Shown one piece after another: positions 1 through 9,050 of a stretch of 19,952 nucleotides of DNA. Each line of letters begins with the position of its first letter. Within the stretch, counting starts at the first letter, position 1. A program made the position numbers and the translations under genes. Source of the DNA: Candidatus Oleincola secundus (GTDB lineage: Bacteria > Atribacterota > Phoenicimicrobiia > Phoenicimicrobiales > Stramentimicrobiaceae); assembly GCA_018400815.1 (NCBI GenBank), contig JAGYLS010000029.1, positions 1-19,952 of the forward strand, given 5' to 3'. The notes under the pieces were generated by a model, which made no database searches, was not told the origin of the DNA, and saw nothing but the letters and a program-made list of their open reading frames with translations.

Positions 1-120
1 CTCTATAAAATCAGGAACCTTAAAATCTATAGCTGGTTCTCTACGAATAACATTAGCTATGTTTCTAATTAATGTTGTTCCATCTGATTGATATATTTGA
101 TGCTTTGGAACCCATCCCAT
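1..120 (-). CDS. 5' part of the tail gene after the tape measure (distal-tail position); runs off the window
   Basis: ATG at 120 preceded by AAGGAG; open for 40 codons (MGWVPKHQIYQSDGTTLIRNIANVIRREP...). Function inferred from position only. Confidence 0.55.
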   Translation of the reverse strand, partial: MGWVPKHQIYQSDGTTLIRNIANVIRREPAIDFKVPDFIE

Positions 121-130
121 AATATTCTCC

Positions 131-2635
131 TTAAACAGTTGGTGATTGTTTACCAACTAAAGTATTTTTAATTGCTGTTTGTAATGCTGAATTTAATTCT
201 GTGCCAAGTCTAGGTAGTTCAGCAGATACCTTTGCAAGAAACTCTTGTTCTAATTCTGATAATTTAGAAATATCGGTAGTAACATTGAAGTTGACAGGTG
301 CACTCACCACAACTTTTTCTCTTTCTAATTGTTGAAACTGTCTTTCTGCTCGTTCTTGCATTAATTGAGCAGGAACCGCTGTAAATCCTCTGTTTCTAAT
401 AGCTTCTTCTTGAATTCCTATACCATAACCGCCTCTTAAATCTTCTTTTCCTACAATCGTTTGACCTTTAAAAAATCTTTTTGCCTCTTCTTGTTCAACT
501 TTATCAGCAAATTCTTTTTTAAAAATTTCGGCTGCATCTGCAAACCTATCAGCTCTCATAAATGTATCAAAAGAAGTAACACCAGATAAAACATCACCTA
601 TTTGTTTTGCAACATCTACGCCTTCAGTTTGTGCAATTCTGAATACCTTTAAAGATTCATTACCAAGTTCAGATTGTAATCTTCTTTCTTGAGATAGTTC
701 TCTTTCTAATTCTATTTGACGACTAATTTTATCAATTGTTTGTTCCTCAATACCTAATCTGTTTATTAAAATCTTTTCTGCTTGTAATAATTGCGATTGT
801 AATGCTCCTTGAAGTTTCAATTCTGCTAATTTAGCCTTTAAAATAACATTGGCAATTTCTTGTTTGTTTTCTGGTGAAATTTTTTTATTTTCTTTTTCCT
901 GTAAGTCGTTAATAATTTTTTGTTTTGTTGCAACTTGTTCTAATTGGTCAAGTCTTTCAAGTAATAATTGCCTGATTTCCTCTTGATAAGATTTTTTATA
1001 ACCAAAAATCCCTGTTGGTATAACGTCTTCTAATCTGCCCAATAATCCGCTAACGATTCCTGCATCTTTAATTTCAGATAAATTAAATAATTCCTCAACA
1101 TGTCTTTGGGCCTTAGATAAATCAACATCATTTAATTCTTTAAGTTTCTTAATAACAGTAGGAATCTTACCTTGTAAAAGTGTAAATGCGATGTTTAATC
1201 CCTTACCAAAAGATGAAAAACCTTGTAATGCATCGTTTTGTGTTTGAACCAATATTTTCATTGTATCATGAAAATCTTTACCGCCTACTACTCCTGTAAC
1301 AAATGCTTTACCAATTTCTTTATTTAAATTAGTGAATTGAACACCTAAACGATGTATTTGTTCATTCTGTTCTTTAAATTCTTTATTAAATTTTTCAATA
1401 TCGGCAGTTTTTTGAATAGCATCATCAATATGTTTGTTCAGCCCTGCTAATGCTTTAATCGATTCACCGCCACGAATCTGAAATAAAGAACTAACAGCTT
1501 GACTTGCAGCAATCATATCAGTTTTACTTAATTCCTCAATTGCCCCAGTAACTAAACGTACTCTTTCAAATGTGGTATCAACACTATTTAAATTAACACC
1601 TAATCGCCTTCCAAAAGAATCAAAGTTCTTTTCCATCTGAATAACAGCAGTGGATAATAATCTCCCTGCTCTAGTTCCACGCATACCAGCAGTTTGTAAA
1701 CTACCCAAAAGAACAGCTGTTTCTTTTAAACTAACATTCGAAGTTTTAGCTGTAGCTGCAAATCTTTCAAATGCTCCTGCAAATTCATTAACTTCAAAAG
1801 CATTGTCTTTCCATAATTCTGAAACTTGAGCTAAAAAAGCCTCTAATTCTTCTCCTGTTGTTCTATATTCCTTAGTTCTTCCACCTAAAACCCTAAAGGC
1901 CCTAGCAACAGCATTAGCTACTTCTTCTGTATCACCAAAAAGCAAAATAGCTGTTTTAACAGATGAAATAGCACCAGACATAGAAGTTTCAAAATCTAAA
2001 CCTGTGGTTGCAAATTTTTGAAAAGCTGTTGTTATTTTCTCTACACTTTCGCCTGTTTGTAAAGATAAATTCAAAGCTGCCTCTTGTAGTTTTTCAAAAT
2101 TATTTTCAATTTCTTGAGTTGTTCCTTGTAAATTTCTTTTTGCTTTTTGAAAAGCTCTATCTTGGTCAAGAATAGTTTGTATTCCATTTTTAAAGGTGCT
2201 AATAACACCCATAACAGCACCACGTAATGCTAACCACAAAGGAATAGTTAAAGCAGCTCTTGAGGCCAAACGATATATATTTTGACCAAGACTAACAGAA
2301 TTAGTGCTTAAATCTTGATAAGCAGTTGTTGTTTTTGCTATGCCTTTCGCATTAACCGCAGTGGTTTTAGTAACATTAATTAAGGAACCATCTAGTCCTT
2401 TCATAGCCTGTGTGGTTTTTGTGGATGTATTTGCTAAACCTTGTAACCCACTTCTAAACTCAGTGGTTTTAATCTGTCCAAGACTATCTCCTACCTTTTT
2501 AAAATTAGTAGATAAATCTTTTCCTATATTAACACCTAATTTACTATTTAAAGTAGTAAGTTGAGTTAATTTAGCTTTCACATCACTAATATCAGCTATA
2601 TATGCAATTACTTTGCTATCCGCAGGACTTGCCAT
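131..2635 (-). CDS. Phage tail tape measure protein, 834 aa
   Basis: Long helical A/G/K/E-rich protein with a TP901-type core (FQKAKRNL...LSLQTGES...AGMRGTRAGRLL); lies after the tail tube and chaperones. Confidence 0.9.
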   Translation of the reverse strand: MASPADSKVIAYIADISDVKAKLTQLTTLNSKLGVNIGKDLSTNFKKVGDSLGQIKTTEFRSGLQGLANTSTKTTQAMKGLDGSLINVTKTTAVNAKGIAKTTTAYQDLSTNSVSLGQNIYRLASRAALTIPLWLALRGAVMGVISTFKNGIQTILDQDRAFQKAKRNLQGTTQEIENNFEKLQEAALNLSLQTGESVEKITTAFQKFATTGLDFETSMSGAISSVKTAILLFGDTEEVANAVARAFRVLGGRTKEYRTTGEELEAFLAQVSELWKDNAFEVNEFAGAFERFAATAKTSNVSLKETAVLLGSLQTAGMRGTRAGRLLSTAVIQMEKNFDSFGRRLGVNLNSVDTTFERVRLVTGAIEELSKTDMIAASQAVSSLFQIRGGESIKALAGLNKHIDDAIQKTADIEKFNKEFKEQNEQIHRLGVQFTNLNKEIGKAFVTGVVGGKDFHDTMKILVQTQNDALQGFSSFGKGLNIAFTLLQGKIPTVIKKLKELNDVDLSKAQRHVEELFNLSEIKDAGIVSGLLGRLEDVIPTGIFGYKKSYQEEIRQLLLERLDQLEQVATKQKIINDLQEKENKKISPENKQEIANVILKAKLAELKLQGALQSQLLQAEKILINRLGIEEQTIDKISRQIELERELSQERRLQSELGNESLKVFRIAQTEGVDVAKQIGDVLSGVTSFDTFMRADRFADAAEIFKKEFADKVEQEEAKRFFKGQTIVGKEDLRGGYGIGIQEEAIRNRGFTAVPAQLMQERAERQFQQLEREKVVVSAPVNFNVTTDISKLSELEQEFLAKVSAELPRLGTELNSALQTAIKNTLVGKQSPTV

Positions 2636-2636
2636 G

Positions 2637-3029
2637 TTATTGTTCTCTCCTTAAATCCACATTAATTAAATTTTCTTTGCCAGGATGTTTAAATTTCTTT
2701 TTACGATTGGCTTTTAATTGAGCTTGCTTTTCATCATCTCTATGTTTACGCCACAAATAATCCTGTTTTTTATTACGATAAATTAAATAAGCATCTGTTC
2801 TATCATTATCTAGCAATACATCTCTAGTTAAACAATCATCTTCATGAGTGGCTAACTCTTTATATAATAAATCATAAGTAGATAACCAATATAAAAAACG
2901 TATTTGTAAACCACTAAAATTATAAGTGTTTTTAAACAATTGTAAACCAGAACATTCTTGGCAAGATTTATAAAGATTTTGCCAATAATTAGTTTTGGCT
3001 AAGTTTCTAATTTTACAATCGGTATTCAT
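2637..3029 (-). CDS. Putative second tail assembly chaperone (gpT position), 130 aa
   Basis: Helical ORF immediately upstream of the tape measure; synteny only. Confidence 0.5.
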   Translation of the reverse strand: MNTDCKIRNLAKTNYWQNLYKSCQECSGLQLFKNTYNFSGLQIRFLYWLSTYDLLYKELATHEDDCLTRDVLLDNDRTDAYLIYRNKKQDYLWRKHRDDEKQAQLKANRKKKFKHPGKENLINVDLRREQ

Positions 3030-3031
3030 TT

Positions 3032-3658
3032 TTAAACACCGTACATTAACTCAGTGAATCGCCCTAGAGCAATATAGGGTAATTTACTGTTGTCTTTTTC
3101 ATAATCTTCAAAAGATACCCAAACCTGTTTCCAATCTTCTTTATCTTCCTCTTTTTTAATCAATTTTTCAGTACAAAAGGAAGCTAAAAATCTATAATAA
3201 TCATCTTGAACTTGATTCTCAATAGCTGGAGCTAAATAACCAGCCTTTTCCATAACAATTGTTAAACGTTTATTACGAACTTCTTCTAATTTCTTTTTTA
3301 ATTCTTCAATAGCTTTGGTTTCTGTGTCTTTCTTTTTAGCCAAAGTTAAATAAACCTGAGTCAATTCATTTTCTAACTTCGCAGCCTCTTTATCCATCGC
3401 ATCAATATCAATATCTTGCTTTTCTTTTAATAGAGTAACAAGTTGTTTAATTGTTAAAGTGTCATCCTTTTTTAACAATTGAACATACTTAGTATTTTTA
3501 TAACTATTAGCATTCGAGTGCTCTTTTTGATTGGGTAATCTTACTCTATAAATATCTTCTTTATATCTAAAATGTAATTTGTTATCTTGAATCAACTCAG
3601 GATTAAGTTCGTCTTTTTTTAATTCTTCTAAAACTTCTAATAATTGTTTATCTTCCAT
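3032..3658 (-). CDS. Putative tail assembly chaperone (gpG position), 208 aa
   Basis: Charged coiled-coil protein between tube and tape measure; SD-like GGTGAG upstream of the ATG. Confidence 0.55.
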   Translation of the reverse strand: MEDKQLLEVLEELKKDELNPELIQDNKLHFRYKEDIYRVRLPNQKEHSNANSYKNTKYVQLLKKDDTLTIKQLVTLLKEKQDIDIDAMDKEAAKLENELTQVYLTLAKKKDTETKAIEELKKKLEEVRNKRLTIVMEKAGYLAPAIENQVQDDYYRFLASFCTEKLIKKEEDKEDWKQVWVSFEDYEKDNSKLPYIALGRFTELMYGV

Positions 3659-3679
3659 TTCTCACCATACCTTTTTGTT

Positions 3680-3718
3680 AAAAAAAATAGACCTGTCCTA
3701 TTTAGACAAAGGTCTATT
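3680..3718 (-). terminator. Intrinsic terminator-like hairpin
   Basis: Minus strand reads ATAGACC(TT)TGTC-TAAATAG-GACAGGTCTA followed by 8 T; overlaps the stop of the 83-aa ORF. Confidence 0.65.
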
Positions 3719-3949
3719 AAGTTGTACGTTAATATTAACACCCTTACTGAACGCAAGAATTTGTTCCTCGATTTCACGCATAACATTATATGCGTTTTTC
3801 TTAACAGTATCCTTAATAAGTCTTTCAGATACAGTTTTACTTATATCCTCTTTAAACAAATTTTCAATTGTTTCACAAGAAGTTCCGACAAAAGAGTTAA
3901 ATTTCTTACGTAATATACTTTGAACGATTTTTTCGTCAATAGTGTACAT
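3698..3949 (-). CDS. Hypothetical phage protein, 83 aa
   Basis: Co-oriented ORF with AAGGTG upstream; fills the gap after the tail tube gene. Confidence 0.65.
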   Translation of the reverse strand: MYTIDEKIVQSILRKKFNSFVGTSCETIENLFKEDISKTVSERLIKDTVKKNAYNVMREIEEQILAFSKGVNINVQLNRPLSK

Positions 3950-3978
3950 ATAGCACCTTACCTTTTCTCACTAAATAC

Positions 3979-4012
3979 TCCAGGGAGTAAAGAGTTATCA
4001 ATACTCCCTGGA
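3979..4012 (-). promoter_or_regulatory. Stem-loop just downstream of the tail tube gene (mRNA stabiliser or attenuator)
   Basis: Perfect 11-bp inverted repeat TCCAGGGAGTA / TACTCCCTGGA with a 12-nt loop; no long U-tract. Confidence 0.55.
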
Positions 4013-4025
4013 ACCATTATATAAA

Positions 4026-5264
4026 TTAGGCTATATCAGATTCAGTCGTAGATATAGTTAAATTATCAGACATCAAACTAACTGTAGATGAACCAAACTC
4101 ATTAGCTGTATAATCAGCTGGAGTGTCATCAGAAAGTTCACAGTTTTCAATTTTAAATCCAATTTTAAACGTGTCTTTATCAGCACTATCATAAACCTTC
4201 ACAAGAAGAGTTACAGGTTGGGTTCTATTATAATCAATAATACCCCAAGATTGACCAGCTTGAGCCATAAGAGCCTCTTGAATAGGATAATTTTTAACAT
4301 AACCATCTAAAGAAGCAGTAACTTCATAGCTTTCTACATCGTTAAATACATCTTCATTAGTACCAATAGCACCTTCTGCGATTCTATTTAATGTAGCAGT
4401 TAAGGATAAAGATGTTAATTTATCTAATTCAATAGGGTCATTTGTACCGTCATCCATTAAAACAGTAACATTTTCAGCTCCTAAGAAATAATCATCATCA
4501 TCATTTAATTCTTGAGGGTCACCAGCACTACCATAAGTAGCAGCTGTGTGCCATACTCTAAAATGGTCATCTTCCTCTGCTGCAAGAACGCTTATTTGAT
4601 TCGTACCAGAATTAAATGTAAAATCATCAGTTACATCTAATTCTGTTGCAACACCTGCACGAATTCTATAAAGTTTTAAAATATATTCACTTGCAACATT
4701 AGGATTAACCACAGGAGCAGGGTCTGAAACATCTAATGAAAATGCACCAGATGTTCCTGATGGAGCATCAAATGATTTGAAAATAACACATTTGTTGCCC
4801 TCTCTTGCGATTTTACAAAAATTACCGCTTAATTCCATTGTTCTTTCAAGTCTTTCATCGGCATTAATATTTAACCCAAAAGACTCAACAGATAATCTTT
4901 CACACCATAGTGTTTGTTCTAGTGTACCATCATATTCTGATTTACCAGGACTAATAAAATCAGTTCTAGCTGTATCAAAATCACTTAACGTTAGCCCACC
5001 AGAAGGCATTGCTGTTAAGCCAGCAATTTGTAAAAAAGAATCTAATGTTCCATATTCAAATTGTGTTAAAGAAACAGAAACCTCTAGTTTATCTTTTTCG
5101 GTAACCATCTTATCTAACCGACCAATTTCATAAAGATTTTCTTGAGGCTGATTCACAGCAACAGAAAAAGTTTGTACTCTATCCCAATTATCGGAATCGA
5201 GAGCAGCCCTTTCTGCCACAGTGATTGGCTTAAAAGCACTCGAATGTCTAATAGCATTGCTCAT
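4026..5264 (-). CDS. Major tail (tube) protein, 412 aa, with two tube-like repeats
   Basis: Acidic beta-rich protein; tube-like segment DRVQTFSV...YEIG...EVSVSL; strong AAGGAG RBS; located between tail terminator and chaperones. Confidence 0.8.
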   Translation of the reverse strand: MSNAIRHSSAFKPITVAERAALDSDNWDRVQTFSVAVNQPQENLYEIGRLDKMVTEKDKLEVSVSLTQFEYGTLDSFLQIAGLTAMPSGGLTLSDFDTARTDFISPGKSEYDGTLEQTLWCERLSVESFGLNINADERLERTMELSGNFCKIAREGNKCVIFKSFDAPSGTSGAFSLDVSDPAPVVNPNVASEYILKLYRIRAGVATELDVTDDFTFNSGTNQISVLAAEEDDHFRVWHTAATYGSAGDPQELNDDDDYFLGAENVTVLMDDGTNDPIELDKLTSLSLTATLNRIAEGAIGTNEDVFNDVESYEVTASLDGYVKNYPIQEALMAQAGQSWGIIDYNRTQPVTLLVKVYDSADKDTFKIGFKIENCELSDDTPADYTANEFGSSTVSLMSDNLTISTTESDIA

Positions 5265-5296
5265 AATTTATTCTCCTTTTATTTTTATTCTAAATT

Positions 5297-5551
5297 CTAT
5301 TTTGAAAAAGTATCAAACTTACCAGATAAATTTGCGACTGTTGTTGACAGACCATTTAAAGCTTTTAAATTTTCAATGTGTCTATCGTCGTTTTTTAATT
5401 CATAGGCATGAAACTGAACCTTTAATTCCTTTAAATCTGAATCTAAGTGTTTCATGTCATTAAATTTTAAAACTGAAAAAATAACAGCAGTAAATATAAA
5501 TTGAAACAGCCCAATCAATACACCAATCATTCTCCAATCTAAAGTATCCAT
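5297..5551 (-). CDS. Small single-TM plus coiled-coil protein (holin-like architecture), 84 aa
   Basis: Likely start MDTLDW at 5551 (GGTGGAG upstream) rather than 5608; hydrophobic MIGVLIGLFQFIFTAVIFSVL followed by a heptad-like region. Confidence 0.6.
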   Translation of the reverse strand: MDTLDWRMIGVLIGLFQFIFTAVIFSVLKFNDMKHLDSDLKELKVQFHAYELKNDDRHIENLKALNGLSTTVANLSGKFDTFSK

Positions 5552-5552
5552 T

Positions 5553-6044
5553 TTATTTCTCCACCTTTGAAGTCCAAACCGAAATCGAAATGCGATGGCG
5601 ATGTGCATCGATTTCCGACACGTTTTGTCCTAGATTTACTCTTGTATTTGTTAAAAAATTTATATTAGCCCAACTACGTTGACTTTTTAAAATTCCGTCA
5701 GGATTAGCAGAATTGTAATAATAAATATAATATGGAAACCCATCATTAATTGTATCAGTTACCCAACTAACAATATCTAATCGTTCTCCTTCATTTCTAG
5801 CATAAATATCAATAATCATTAAAATCTGTTCATTTCTCGCATTAGACCCAATTTCAAATCTCTCTAATGTTTCAGATTCTACATAAGCAACAACACAGGG
5901 TAATACCCAATTACTATCTTCTTTTCTTCCTACTTGAACAGTAATTGAAGTATCATTTTCAGAAGTTAAATATTCTTCTTCGATTTTTCTATCCAAAAAC
6001 TGTTTTAAACTATTTTCTAAGTTTCTTAATTTTCCCCAATTCAT
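5553..6044 (-). CDS. Putative tail terminator / tail completion protein, 163 aa
   Basis: LPCVVAY...EIG...IIDIYARNEGERLDI pattern typical of tail terminators; synteny. Confidence 0.65.
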   Translation of the reverse strand: MNWGKLRNLENSLKQFLDRKIEEEYLTSENDTSITVQVGRKEDSNWVLPCVVAYVESETLERFEIGSNARNEQILMIIDIYARNEGERLDIVSWVTDTINDGFPYYIYYYNSANPDGILKSQRSWANINFLTNTRVNLGQNVSEIDAHRHRISISVWTSKVEK

Positions 6045-6048
6045 TATA

Positions 6049-6507
6049 TTATCCTTTTAGTATCCCTGGTATTTCTAATTCCATTTTTAATAAAGTATCA
6101 GCAATATAATTCATGGCTTGTATAGGAGTCTTAGGTTGAATACCTGCAAATCCAGTATCACTTTCAACCCATCTTCCATCTAACCAATATCCTTTTGGTA
6201 AGAAATGTTGCCAATTAGCGCCAATTCCTAAACTTCCCTTATCAATATGATTCCAATAAGGAATAGTTGAATCTAATTCGTTAATATCTCCAACTGCCCA
6301 ACCGCCAGAAATCTGGTGTGCATAAAAACCAGAGGCTAATTTACCAGTAGGATTATTCGCTTTGGTCATAATAGTTTCTCTTATAACTTCTTCACATCGT
6401 TTAGCAATCCGCTGTAAATCAAGTTCAGATACCATTTTCCAATGACGAATTTCCTTAGTGATAAAATCTTTACCAACTTTATCTCTAATGGCCACTCGAA
6501 TACGCAT
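6049..6507 (-). CDS. Putative neck / tail-completion protein (HK97 gp10-like), 152 aa
   Basis: TGKLASG...PYWNHIDKG...GIQP motifs and position between head closure and terminator genes. Confidence 0.6.
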   Translation of the reverse strand: MRIRVAIRDKVGKDFITKEIRHWKMVSELDLQRIAKRCEEVIRETIMTKANNPTGKLASGFYAHQISGGWAVGDINELDSTIPYWNHIDKGSLGIGANWQHFLPKGYWLDGRWVESDTGFAGIQPKTPIQAMNYIADTLLKMELEIPGILKG

Positions 6508-6512
6508 ATGAA

Positions 6513-6914
6513 TTAACTTCCTTTTTGAAAGAGCACAACCCTAGTAAAATCAAATGGACTCGTAAAAATTTGCACCCTGTTTCCTAAAGCTTTATTAAAA
6601 GGTGTGTATTCTTTATCATTATACATTACCTTTTCGCATAATCTAAATAAACTTTCATCACAAGATTTAATAACAATCTCAATAGCACCAGATTCAACTA
6701 ACCCAAGTTCTCTAGCAACTAAGCTATTGCCTTGTATTTGACGCACATGGGCTTTAACAGGTTCTGGGTTTTTAATAGATTTAACATAGCCTGTGTTGCG
6801 AAATGGGTCATAATCAACACCTTTAGTATTTGAACCCTTTAAATATACCCAAATTGTTTCAGAATAAGATTTAAAAATATCATTGTGCAGTTTATTATGA
6901 AAATTTCTGTCCAT
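6513..6914 (-). CDS. Putative head-closure (stopper) protein, 133 aa
   Basis: Beta-rich ORF with a YDPF loop that follows the adaptor gene; synteny. Confidence 0.55.
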   Translation of the reverse strand: MDRNFHNKLHNDIFKSYSETIWVYLKGSNTKGVDYDPFRNTGYVKSIKNPEPVKAHVRQIQGNSLVARELGLVESGAIEIVIKSCDESLFRLCEKVMYNDKEYTPFNKALGNRVQIFTSPFDFTRVVLFQKGS

Positions 6915-6992
6915 TTATTTGTCCTTGTAACGAAAAATTAAAATAGATAAAAAAACTAAAAATAAAAGAGATAAGTAAGACATATGCGTTAT

Positions 6993-7571
6993 TTATTCAT
7001 CAAACTCAAAATAATCTAATGAAATAAATCCTCTATCAAATTGAGCAAACACCTCATTAATTTGGTCGCTTTTGCTTTTGTTTTCTGTAGCAGTAACAGT
7101 AAAATCTCTAGTTCTAATCTCAACATTTTGAGGGTCAATATCAATCGCAGTTATAAGAGCAATAACATTTTGTTCTGAAATAGTTGGTTCCTCTCCATCC
7201 TCATCAACGATGTCATCAGATTCATTAACAACAAAGGTCTTTTTATAACGTTTTTGAGTAAATCTAACAAGATTAGATTCGATATAACTAGTAATTTCGG
7301 AATCAGAATATTTTTCATAACATTCAAAAACAATGGTAATCATATCACCTTTAGTTAGTGTTGCGGTGATTGTAACCTTATTAGTTTCATCGTTATATGA
7401 AAAGTCTGCCGAATCAACTTCTTCACCATTCTTATAAACTTTAATTGAAGACGCTTTAATTCTTGGTTCGCTTAATTTAAAGGATACATCAGTATCATAT
7501 TCAAAAACATTACGAACAGTCGAAGAAGTATCTTTAATTAATCCTCTGATATTTTTAATTATGTTTTCCAT
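6993..7571 (-). CDS. Putative head-tail adaptor with inserted beta domain, 192 aa
   Basis: Adaptor-like helices IRGLIKD ... YSDSEITSYI separated by a ~70-aa beta-rich insert; downstream of the capsid gene. Confidence 0.6.
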   Translation of the reverse strand: MENIIKNIRGLIKDTSSTVRNVFEYDTDVSFKLSEPRIKASSIKVYKNGEEVDSADFSYNDETNKVTITATLTKGDMITIVFECYEKYSDSEITSYIESNLVRFTQKRYKKTFVVNESDDIVDEDGEEPTISEQNVIALITAIDIDPQNVEIRTRDFTVTATENKSKSDQINEVFAQFDRGFISLDYFEFDE

Positions 7572-7950
7572 ATTTTAATCTCTTCTCTTTTGGATTATAG
7601 TAAAGTAAAAATGTTTTATCTGTTTTACCTATAATTCTAAAATTATTCTTTTTTAATATAAATCCTATTTTATTATCTTCGTGAATCAAAGAATAAACTT
7701 CTTTATCCCAATTCCAAAAAAATATTTTTAATAAGTTATTAGTTATTTTTTTAGAAGAAGAAATAACATTCAAGTAAGATTTATCCTTTTTTTCTACAAA
7801 AAGTAAACCATTGATAATATCGTTTTCTTCTGAAATAAATGCTAGTTTTTTACCATTAACAAAATCTTTAAATGTAGAAAATTCTAATTTGTTATCATTA
7901 GCGAAAAATTTAAAATTAGAATAATCTTTTTTAGTTAATTTTCTTAGCAT
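7555..7950 (-). CDS. Hypothetical protein, possibly a degenerate GNAT fold, 131 aa
   Basis: MLRKLTKKD start, AFISEENDIINGLLFV hairpin, C-terminal N...LKKNNFRIIG; AAGGA RBS; lacks the Q/RxxGxG/A motif. Confidence 0.5.
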   Translation of the reverse strand: MLRKLTKKDYSNFKFFANDNKLEFSTFKDFVNGKKLAFISEENDIINGLLFVEKKDKSYLNVISSSKKITNNLLKIFFWNWDKEVYSLIHEDNKIGFILKKNNFRIIGKTDKTFLLYYNPKEKRLKYGKHN

Positions 7951-7972
7951 TTACTTATTCCTTTAAATTTGG

Positions 7973-7994
7973 GGTGGGGAAATTCATCCCCACC
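7973..7994 (-). promoter_or_regulatory. GC-rich stem-loop downstream of the major capsid gene
   Basis: GGTGGGGA-6 nt-TCCCCACC, about 20 nt after the capsid stop; weak U-tract on the minus strand. Confidence 0.55.
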
Positions 7995-8013
7995 TTTATA
8001 TAAGAATAGCTTA

Positions 8014-9010
8014 TTAGCTATAAGATTCAGCGTTCTTATAAACAGCTACGCACTGAGGATTGGTCACAACAGCACCATATTGCTCCATAGCAACGATAGC
8101 ATACGCCCATTTAGGACTCGAGCCAACCTGAATTCTAGGGCCAGCAGCAACAATAATTCTCTCTTTTTCACCAGCTTGCTCAAGAGCATTCACTTTACGA
8201 CGAACAAAATGAATTGGTCTATTTTCCATAGAATCACTCGTTGCAACTAAAAGAGCCTTATCAGCAGCAAAAACTGTCTGAGTTCCAGAATGCTCATAAG
8301 TAAAAGCTTCAACTTTTACCCATTCTGAAATACCAGCTTTAGCTAATGTAACTTCACGATTTTTGTCTTCGTTATAATCTAACAAAAGAACATCAGTCGT
8401 AACATCAGCACCAGTGATTAACACTAATTTGCTACCAAAACGAGCTTGACTACGAACCATTGCAACTAATTTCTCAAAGGTGATAGCACTATCACCTGAA
8501 TCATTAGCAAAGGTATTAGATGCTGTAACAGCAGATGCAACTAACAAATCAAGAACATCTTTAATTTCTTTGCGATTTAAAGCTTCCATTGCAGATTTAG
8601 CTTTAATAGCAATAGGGTCATACTTTGCAGCTAACAATTTTTCAACATAAACATAATGTTCATCAGAACTAATGCTGTTAAATACTAAATCATTATGCTC
8701 TCCAGGGGTAACTACCGTCTGTTCCACAGAACCATTACTAATCGTATTAACAGTTTTAGTTTCTGCTTCAACAGCATACCCACTGAAACCAGTTGTTCCA
8801 ACAACAAAATACTCATAGTCTTCGCCTTTAGCAACACTAGCTGTTTTTGCAACAGCAGCAATAACATCTGGAATCGGCATCTCTGCATCATACGGAATAT
8901 TAGCTAACTTAGCCAATTCGTATGCGTTTCCAGCAGGGCCTTGAACTGCAATCTCTTGCAATTTAGCCTTTTAGTAGCTCTTCTTGAGCTATCAGTTTAT
9001 CATTATCCAT
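8014..9010 (-). CDS. Major capsid protein (HK97-fold presumed), ~331 aa after correcting one frameshift near 8970
   Basis: True start likely ATG 9010 (AAGGAG RBS, MDNDKLIAQEEL), one base out of frame with ORF 8014-8961. C-terminal YGAVVTNPQCVAVY resembles HK97-type capsid ends; follows the scaffold gene. Confidence 0.78.
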
Positions 9011-9050
9011 TGTTTGTTTCTCCTTTTTTAATTTGGTTGATTTAAAATTG

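Noticed and set aside
3020..3060. Programmed -1 frameshift joining the two tail chaperones
   Set aside because: The second ORF is in the -1 frame, but that frame has a TGA a few codons upstream, and the TTTAAAA run is out of register and includes the stop. A separate ATG with GGTG upstream explains it.
3655..3965. Archaeal host suggested by GGTGA/AGGTG ribosome-binding sites
   Set aside because: These also pair with the bacterial anti-SD; most genes use AAGGAG, and a sigma70-type promoter and a hairpin-U terminator are present.
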